DNA of 64,000 nt from Alkalispirochaeta sp. (GTDB lineage Bacteria > Spirochaetota > Spirochaetia > DSM-27196 > Alkalispirochaetaceae): assembly GCA_965601925.1 (NCBI GenBank), contig OZ271854.1:4640001-4704000 (forward strand), read 5' to 3'. Under the pieces are notes generated by a model. It was not told where the DNA came from. It ran no database searches and saw only the letters and a program-made list of their open reading frames with translations. Shown piece after piece: positions 57,511 through 64,000 of this stretch (its first letter is position 1; each line of letters opens with the position of its first letter). A program made the translations under genes and the position numbers.

Positions 57511-57902
57511 AAGACGACTCCCGAGTACAGGATGATGTTGGCGTATGGAGAGCACTCGCCGGTCCGTACGATTGCACGACACGAATGGGTCGATGCTTTG
57601 AACACTTCATGCGCTACGGTCTCGATGGGGCGATTATGCAGGAGCCGATGGATGCCGTCGAATACCGGGCCGCGCCGCTGTTCAAGCTCCGATGCTACGA
57701 CGGCCCGTTCGACCGCAAGCTCCTGGAGCACCGTCTCGAGTACCGAGAGAAACGGTGGCTCGCTGCACCTCAGGGCGAGGTCGATGCGCGGTACTTCAGC
57801 GGGTATCGGGAGTCCGGCATCGCAAATCACCAACCCGTCGGTGTGACCCATCTCGGCGATTACCCGTGAGAGCTCAGCGTTGAGCACGCTACCCTTCTTC
57901 AA
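57507..57902 (-). CDS. rbsD: D-ribose pyranase
   Basis: GHTD....DAGLPIP, RIDLAL, HE.FK, RTGECSPYAN. Confidence 0.94.
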   Translation of the reverse strand: MKKGSVLNAELSRVIAEMGHTDGLVICDAGLPIPAEVPRIDLALRCSEPPFLSVLETVLQELAVERAVVASELEQRRGPVFDGIHRLLHNRPIETVAHEVFKASTHSCRAIVRTGECSPYANIILYSGVVF

Positions 57903-57916
57903 TCGATCACCTCTTT

Positions 57917-57980
57917 AGTAAAATCTTTACTTATCTTTATCAAACACAATCAGCGTAAACCGAGATGTTCACGCTGTCAA
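57917..57980 (-). promoter_or_regulatory. rbs promoter (TTGACA-17-TACGCT) with downstream operator AGTAAA-N3-TTTACT
   Basis: -35 at 57975-57980, -10 at 57952-57957, palindrome at 57917-57931. Confidence 0.65.
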
Positions 57981-58062
57981 CGAGGAATTCCAGTCCGTTC
58001 AACGGTATTCAGTGAACAAGCGTAAAATTGACGAAATCGGCGACGAGCCGTAGGATAGCGAA

Positions 58063-59094
58063 GTGGCGACGAGAATTATCGATATTGCGCGGGCGGCCGA
58101 TGTCTCTTCGGCAACGGTGTCTCTCGTACTGAACAACAAGGGAAACGTGAGCCGAGACGTACGCCTCCGCGTTTTGGCCGAGGCCAAACGTCTCGATTAC
58201 GATATGAGCCGTATTCGAGGAGGAGCCGTCTCGGGCGTCATTCAGTTCATCAAGATCGCAAAACACGGCCATATCCTCAACCGGAGACACAATGAGTTCG
58301 TTTCGGACTACATTTTGGGGGTGGAAAGCCGCGCTCGCGAGGCCGGGTTTTCGGTAGAAGTGCTTTTTCACGAGGATCTCGACGGGGCGACGGCGGCCGT
58401 CGAGGACGGTGAGCCGACGGGTCTCGTTTTGCTGGCTACGGAACTGGATCGAACGGATCTTGAAGTTATAGCCGCCGCGCCCGTTCCGACCGTCGCGATC
58501 GACGCCGCATACTCCATGGTTTCGCTCGATTTCGTCGACATGGATAACCAGGACTCGGTCTTCCAGATCATCGAGCATCTCGTTGCCGCGGGTCACAGCG
58601 CGGTCGGAATGGTTCGGGGAACCTACTCGACGCCCAACTTTCGAGCACGTGAGCAGGCGTATTGGGAGGCGCGTGAGCTATTCAATCTGCCCGACGACGG
58701 AGACGAGGCGATATTCTCCGTCGATTCGACATTCGAGGGATCGTACCGCGACATGGCCGAGGCGCTGTCGCATGTCCGCAGTGTTCCCACGGCACTCTTC
58801 TGCCTCAACGACGTGATCGCATTCGGCGTTATGCACGCCCTGCGAGATGCGGGACTCAAGATCCCGACGGATGTATCGGTAGTCGGGTTCGATAATCTCC
58901 AGGCGAGTAACTACAGCGCGCCGCCGCTTACCTCGATTGAGGTACCGAAGACACAGATCGGCGCGCGGGCGGTCGATACCCTCGTCGCGCGCATTAACGC
59001 TCCGGCGGCGCCGTTCATCACGACATTGGTACGTGGGCAGTTGGTATCGAGATCGAGCGTGGCCGCCCCCCTACGCCACGTCACGGGGAGGTAG
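58063..59094 (+). CDS. LacI family regulator (probable rbs repressor)
   Basis: IIDIARAADVSSATVSLVLN, SVVGFDN, PPLTSI; divergent from rbsD; TTGACG-17-TAGGAT promoter at 58028-58056. Confidence 0.9.
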   Translation: MATRIIDIARAADVSSATVSLVLNNKGNVSRDVRLRVLAEAKRLDYDMSRIRGGAVSGVIQFIKIAKHGHILNRRHNEFVSDYILGVESRAREAGFSVEVLFHEDLDGATAAVEDGEPTGLVLLATELDRTDLEVIAAAPVPTVAIDAAYSMVSLDFVDMDNQDSVFQIIEHLVAAGHSAVGMVRGTYSTPNFRAREQAYWEARELFNLPDDGDEAIFSVDSTFEGSYRDMAEALSHVRSVPTALFCLNDVIAFGVMHALRDAGLKIPTDVSVVGFDNLQASNYSAPPLTSIEVPKTQIGARAVDTLVARINAPAAPFITTLVRGQLVSRSSVAAPLRHVTGR

Positions 59095-59179
59095 CCTTTG
59101 TGTGAGGCACTTCCAACGACTCGTCTTGCGCGCTAAAGGCGGGACACTGAACCTGTGTTGATTCCCGAGACGCGGCGCG

Positions 59180-60274
59180 TTATCGAACGACTTTCCGATT
59201 GCGCGTGCGCTGAAACTCTTCTATCGAAAGCGCTATCAACCGGTCGAGGAGTTCGGTATAGCCGATTCCCGACGCCTCCCACAACTTGGGGTACATGCTG
59301 TTCTTCGTGAAACCGGGGATGGTGTTGACCTCGTTGACGTAGATATCGAGCGTGGGGGTGAGAAACATATCGATGCGTGCCATACCGCGCACCTCCAAGG
59401 TGCCGAAGGCCGCGAGCGCAGTCTGTTCGAGACGTCGTTCTACCCCCTCCTCCACGGCGGCCGGGATAATGAGGGTCGCCCCGTTTTCGTCGATGTATTT
59501 TTTCTCGTAGGTGTAAAATCCGTCGTCGGTCACGACTTCGCCGGGAACGGAGACGCGCGGGTGCCGGTTACCCAGGACGGCGCATTCGATCTCCCGCCCG
59601 ACGATCGCTCGCTCGACGAGCACCTTATCGTCGAACGCAAAAGCAGCCGTAAGACTCGTCTTCAACTCGCCGTGCGATCCGGCGCGCGATACGCCGACCG
59701 AGGAGCCGAGATTTGCCGGTTTGACGAACACCGGATACCCGAGGTCGACCCCGATGCGCTCGATTACGGCCGTGTCGACCTCGTCGCGGCGCACGACTCG
59801 ATACGGGGCGACGTCGAGTCCGGCATCGCGCAGGAGACGCTTGGCGACATCCTTATCCATCGAGACGGCCGATCCGAGAGTACCGGCGCCGACGCACGGT
59901 ATTCCGGCCAGTCGTGCGAGTCCTTGTATCGAGCCGTCCTCTCCTTCGGGGCCGTGGAGAACCGGAAAGATGACGTCGATCCGACGCGCCTCGCCGCCGG
60001 AAAGCCGCATCAGCGATCCTGCGTCACCGCCGGAGACGAACGAGACCGGAGTACCGCTCTGATTGAGGCGCACGAGATCGGTATCCGTCTTCTCGAGTAG
60101 AGCCGCCGACCGGTCGTTGAGAAACCACGTCCCGTCTCTGTCGATCCCGATGAGAACCGGGTCGTACTTCGTCGTATCCAATGCCGACAGAACATTTCTT
60201 GCTGAAAGAATCGAGACTTCGTGCTCCGCCGATCGTCCCCCGAAAAGTACCGCTACCGTGCGCCTCATTCCCAT
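59180..60274 (-). CDS. ddl: D-alanine--D-alanine ligase
   Basis: FGGRSAEHEVS, FPVLHGPEGEDG, VKPANLGSSVG, FYTYEKKY, NEVNTIPGFT. Confidence 0.95.
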   Translation of the reverse strand: MGMRRTVAVLFGGRSAEHEVSILSARNVLSALDTTKYDPVLIGIDRDGTWFLNDRSAALLEKTDTDLVRLNQSGTPVSFVSGGDAGSLMRLSGGEARRIDVIFPVLHGPEGEDGSIQGLARLAGIPCVGAGTLGSAVSMDKDVAKRLLRDAGLDVAPYRVVRRDEVDTAVIERIGVDLGYPVFVKPANLGSSVGVSRAGSHGELKTSLTAAFAFDDKVLVERAIVGREIECAVLGNRHPRVSVPGEVVTDDGFYTYEKKYIDENGATLIIPAAVEEGVERRLEQTALAAFGTLEVRGMARIDMFLTPTLDIYVNEVNTIPGFTKNSMYPKLWEASGIGYTELLDRLIALSIEEFQRTRNRKVVR

Positions 60275-60507
60275 CGGACCTTCCTGCTCATGTTCAGTTT
60301 CCCACACATTCGAACAAAGAATAGTGTCAGCAACCTTGTTGAAGCAGTCAGTGTAATCGCTCCTCCGTGAATTGACTATCGACAACATACACCGCGGGGT
60401 CGCAACCGAACGATGCTCGAGTCGTGTGTCTCCCGTCCCGACGACATCGCGTCGCCGGTCGTCTACCGGCTTGTTGAAACCGCGCATGGACTCGGCCGCG
60501 AGGCAAC

Positions 60508-60562
60508 ACAGGTGCGACGGAATCATACTGTGTCCCATACAGCATCACAAAACCGTTGCTGT
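60508..60562. promoter_or_regulatory. ACAG/CTGT half-site array, likely MocR operator
   Basis: ACAG 60508, CTGT 60528, ACAG 60539, CTGT 60559; includes the dyad CTGTGTCCCATACAG. Confidence 0.5.
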
Positions 60563-60592
60563 TTCCCCGATCAAAATGAGATTATATCCTCC

Positions 60593-62053
60593 ATGGCAGA
60601 TACGTCGATCCCCGCCGTATTGTATCGTCGCGTTGCGGATCACATGCAGGCGGCAATCGAGGCCGGGACGTACGGGCCGGGAGATCGAGTCCCCTCGTTA
60701 CGCGCACTCTCACGTACATTTTCGGTAAGCCTCAACACGGCCCGCGAGGCGTACTCGCTTTTGGAGCGTCGCGGAGTGCTGCACGCGCGACCTCAAGCGG
60801 GATTCTACGTCTTGTCACAGGCGGAGCCTCCCCGCCATCCGATGAACGGCCGGCCGAGACCGGTTGCGGTGACCGTAAGCGATATGGTGCACGAGGTCAT
60901 GGCCGATTCCAGCGACTTCTCACTGACATCTCTGGCGGTCGTCGATACGGATCCGGTACTGCTGCCCCTCAAAGAGATAGAACGGGCAATGGTACACTCG
61001 ATCCGCTATCGTCCGGACGAGACGACCCGTTATCAAAGTGCAGCGGATACGCGCGAGCTGCGACAGCACATTGTAAAACGCCTCCTCGGCGCGGGAGTCC
61101 GGGCGCATTTAGACGACGTCGTGGTGACCGCCGGTTGCTTGGAGGCGGTGACTCTGGCACTTTTTGCCACGTGTAGACCCGGGGATACGGTGGCCGTCGA
61201 GTCTCCGACGTTTTTCATCTTCTATCGTCTCGTCGAACGTATGGGCCTGCGCGTCGTAGAAATTCCCACCGACCCCATCACGGGGATGCGGCTCGACACT
61301 CTTGAGTACGTCTTAGCCGACCACCCGGTGAAGGCAATTCTCTGTACTCCCAACTTCAGCAATCCTACGGGAAGCGTGATGCCCACCGATATGAAGAGGC
61401 GACTGGTGTGCATGGCGCGGCAGGCCCGCGTTGCGCTCATAGAAGACGATATCTATGGGGAGATGCATTTCGGAGGTTCACGCCCCGCGGCGCTCGCATC
61501 ATTCGATACCGACGGCACGGTAATTCACTGTAGCTCCGTCTCAAAGACACTTGCCGGCGGCTTGCGAATCGGATGGGTGCTGGGCGGACGCCGACACGCC
61601 GATATCGAGCGGCTCAAAGCGGTCTCGTCGATATCGGTGGCCGCCCCGTCGGTGCAAACGGTAACGGCGTTTCTCTCGACCGGCCGCTACGATCGCCATT
61701 TACGGCGACTCAGACGCGCGTTGCATGACAATATGACGCGCCTGGCGTGTCTGGTATCCAAAAGTTTCCCCGATGCGACGCGCATAACAAATCCGTGCGG
61801 CGGACTCGCACTGTGGATCGAGTTGCCGGAGTGGGCGGATACGGTCGAACTCTATCGTCGAGCCCGCGATGCGGGTATCTCCCTCGCGATCGGTCCGATG
61901 TTCACCCTTTCGCGCGATTTTCGCCGATTTTTACGTCTCAGCGCCGGTCGCCTCGGACAGCGAGAGGAGGAGGCGATACGCGTCGTTGCACGGATGACGC
62001 ACGAGATGAAACGCACGTCTCTTGCAACCGTCGATCGCGGAGTCGATGAATAA
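60593..62053 (+). CDS. MocR/GabR family regulator (wHTH + PLP aminotransferase domain)
   Basis: PSLRALS...VSLNT..EAY, ESPTF, NPTG, IEDDIY, SVSKTL (PLP Lys), RIGW. Confidence 0.92.
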   Translation: MADTSIPAVLYRRVADHMQAAIEAGTYGPGDRVPSLRALSRTFSVSLNTAREAYSLLERRGVLHARPQAGFYVLSQAEPPRHPMNGRPRPVAVTVSDMVHEVMADSSDFSLTSLAVVDTDPVLLPLKEIERAMVHSIRYRPDETTRYQSAADTRELRQHIVKRLLGAGVRAHLDDVVVTAGCLEAVTLALFATCRPGDTVAVESPTFFIFYRLVERMGLRVVEIPTDPITGMRLDTLEYVLADHPVKAILCTPNFSNPTGSVMPTDMKRRLVCMARQARVALIEDDIYGEMHFGGSRPAALASFDTDGTVIHCSSVSKTLAGGLRIGWVLGGRRHADIERLKAVSSISVAAPSVQTVTAFLSTGRYDRHLRRLRRALHDNMTRLACLVSKSFPDATRITNPCGGLALWIELPEWADTVELYRRARDAGISLAIGPMFTLSRDFRRFLRLSAGRLGQREEEAIRVVARMTHEMKRTSLATVDRGVDE

Positions 62054-62057
62054 AAGA

Positions 62058-63548
62058 CTACGGTGTTTCGACTGAATCGAGCAGCACGGCGCGTCCCGAG
62101 GATAGGAGCGCAACGGTACCGCGTGAACTCTCGCCGACGATCATCACCGGCGCTCCCACCGGCAACTCCGCGAAGGCGTCGCCGGTCACCGGGTCGCGAA
62201 CGACAAATGAACGCTCCGTGGATACCTCCGAAGCGGGCGAGGATAGCTCTTGACGATCGACAAACGCCTCGTTGCCGGAGAGCGTTCTGATCCGGACGAG
62301 GTCGGAAGCGGCACCGACGATTCGAACCGGCTCATCCGACAGCGAAAGCTCCGCTGCCGGGGCGCTCGGCGGGAGCTCGTCGTCGGAGCGAACCTCCGCG
62401 CCCGGAAACGTATCTCCCGCGCCGATCAACAACGGATTTCGATTTCTATATGCGATGGCCGCAGGCGGTACGGGAGGTACCTCGGCGGCGAGCACGCGCT
62501 CGCCGTCGACGCGTACCCATGAGCCGATCGCTTCGGCGAACGCGACGGCCGGGGGATCGGTAGCAGGCGGGTCGACGAAGTAGTTCCACGGATCGACGGG
62601 CCGTCGCCACCCGCCCTCGTATATACCGATGTGAAGGTGCGGGGGCGTCGTGACGGCGTTACCCGTATTTCCCATCGTGCCCACCACATCGCCTGAACGA
62701 ACCCGTTCGCCCTGACGGACCACGTGTTCGTCCAAATGCGCGTAATAGATCATCAAATCGCGCACATCGTCGCGCAGCACAACGATGTTTCCGCCGCGAT
62801 CGCGACGTCCTACGCGTATCACCGTGGAATCGCCGGTCGCCAATAACGGCGTACCGCGAGGAGCGAAGATATCTACGCCGTGGTGGAGTCGAGCTCCACC
62901 GTCGCGAGGATCGCCGAAGAAGCTCCATATGTCCTCCGGCCCCGCTCCTTCGACGGGAAACGCGAGGGATGCCTCCTCGGTGATACGCACGCGAAACCGA
63001 CCGCCGCGTAACAGTTCCGGCTGCACGCGCACAATGTAGTACTCGCTGGAACGCGGCTCGAAGACGATCTCATGCGCACCGTCGGGCCGACTCGCGACGA
63101 GCGTCGGAGCGTCTCCTTCGCGGCGCGGGGCGACAAAGACATCGGCAAAGTAACGGTCGTGTTCACTCTCGATCAGGATCGTCACTCGGCGCCCCCGCAA
63201 TACCGCAAATCGATACCCGACGGCGGCGGGCTCGCGGGGATCGAAGAAGACGATCTCCTCCGCCGGCGATGCAAAGGCGGTCGGGCTCGACAGAGCGCGT
63301 TCACCGGCCGCAATCCAGCGCGATCCCATCTCGGACTCTTCGAGTTCCAACTGCGTGAGAGCTTCCCGGTAGGCGGCGTGGAACTCGGACGGACGGAACT
63401 GCTCGGGAACACGCGCCGGCGCGCATCCGACGAGCACCGCCGCTACAACGAGAAGCGCTCCGCGGAAGGGAACGGCAAAAAGACGCCCCGCGGTCGCGAG
63501 ATCGCCACGGTACGCACTCGAACCGTCGGCCCGGTCTATCCGATCCAC
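62058..63548 (-). CDS. M23 family metallopeptidase lipoprotein (start uncertain)
   Basis: Lipobox LVGC; HHGVD, YAHLD, PHLH motifs. Confidence 0.85.
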   Translation of the reverse strand: MDRIDRADGSSAYRGDLATAGRLFAVPFRGALLVVAAVLVGCAPARVPEQFRPSEFHAAYREALTQLELEESEMGSRWIAAGERALSSPTAFASPAEEIVFFDPREPAAVGYRFAVLRGRRVTILIESEHDRYFADVFVAPRREGDAPTLVASRPDGAHEIVFEPRSSEYYIVRVQPELLRGGRFRVRITEEASLAFPVEGAGPEDIWSFFGDPRDGGARLHHGVDIFAPRGTPLLATGDSTVIRVGRRDRGGNIVVLRDDVRDLMIYYAHLDEHVVRQGERVRSGDVVGTMGNTGNAVTTPPHLHIGIYEGGWRRPVDPWNYFVDPPATDPPAVAFAEAIGSWVRVDGERVLAAEVPPVPPAAIAYRNRNPLLIGAGDTFPGAEVRSDDELPPSAPAAELSLSDEPVRIVGAASDLVRIRTLSGNEAFVDRQELSSPASEVSTERSFVVRDPVTGDAFAELPVGAPVMIVGESSRGTVALLSSGRAVLLDSVETP

Positions 63549-64000
63549 TCTTGAAATCGTTGCGGAGGCGTCTTGCCCAACGCCTGGAGGTAGACGCTCG
63601 CCTTGCCGTAGAAGATCAAGAGCGCCTCTTGATACACGCCGAGTTGAATATGAATCGGCAGAAAGAAGTCGTCGCCGCGCTTGATTTGTCGCTTCTCGAT
63701 ATCCTCGTCGGAGAGAGCCCCCAACACTTCTTTGAGAGTCCCGTCGAGCTCGCGGTACCACGTAGTAAGCTTCTCTACGCTCCGTTCGATATCGGGAACG
63801 TCTGCGCGATAGGTGAAATCGTGCTCAAATGTTCGAAACGATTCGATATAAGAGTGTTCGACTTCGCCGATTCTGCGACATAGGTCGCCCAACGTGGGCG
63901 AATGGTCGACGGGACGGAAGCGCAGATCGTCGTCCGTGAGCGCCGCCATGAGTTGATCTCGCAGTTCGCGATACATTTCAAACACGGGAAACTGTGTCTG
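63536..64000 (-). CDS. DinB family protein (5' end outside the window)
   Basis: LTDDDL.F.P...PTLG.LC..IGEVE.SY..SF; the frame stays open to the window edge. Confidence 0.75.
   Translation of the reverse strand, partial: QTQFPVFEMYRELRDQLMAALTDDDLRFRPVDHSPTLGDLCRRIGEVEHSYIESFRTFEHDFTYRADVPDIERSVEKLTTWYRELDGTLKEVLGALSDEDIEKRQIKRGDDFFLPIHIQLGVYQEALLIFYGKASVYLQALGKTPPQRFQEWIG

Noticed and set aside
59180..60274. Ddl as a VanA/B-type D-Ala-D-Lac ligase
   Set aside because: The omega loop keeps Tyr (FYTYEKKY), and no vanH/X/R/S genes are nearby.
1..64000. CRISPR arrays, rRNA/tRNA genes, transposases, integrases, phage or defence genes
   Set aside because: I saw no spaced direct repeats, RNA-gene signatures or mobile-element ORFs, and intergenic gaps are short. 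This was by eye only; an Infernal/Rfam scan would be needed to exclude small RNAs.

Overview
A GC-rich, gene-dense bacterial chromosomal window. It is probably from a free-living spirochaete (Spirochaetota), inferred from 'FAGGQSEE'/'FSSGSGED' binding-protein N-termini, a spirochaete-style OmpA protein and a Gx transporter pair. I saw no rRNA, tRNA, CRISPR array, IS element or prophage. Content is mostly metabolic. (1) A heterodimeric ABC exporter, a Ca/Na antiporter and an Fe-ADH + LarA pair. (2) An 11.8-kb PTS locus of two convergent operons: PRD regulator-IIA-HPr facing IIB-IIC-ketose 3-epimerase-dhaL-dhaK-aldolase-isomerase-GH42. The two promoters share a 36-bp upstream motif at identical spacing. 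(3) An HcpR-like regulator with narK-nitrate reductase-mobA and an unknown membrane protein. (4) A LacI-controlled sugar ABC + DUF4127 + FAD oxidoreductase locus. (5) A binding protein-histidine kinase-receiver module. (6) A second GntR-aldolase-HAD-dhaL-dhaK operon. (7) rbsDACBK, ddl divergent from a MocR regulator, an M23 peptidase and a DinB gene. The best candidate for an undescribed system is the module that occurs twice: a class II aldolase that appears to lack the 6-phosphate-binding Arg, next to dhaKL with no dhaM. This suggests ketose-1-phosphate cleavage followed by aldehyde phosphorylation. Also seen: a perfect 25-bp tandem duplication over an RBS/start codon, two decayed pseudogene remnants absent from the ORF track, and many apparently leaderless genes. 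All calls rest on motif recognition by eye; no database searches were run.
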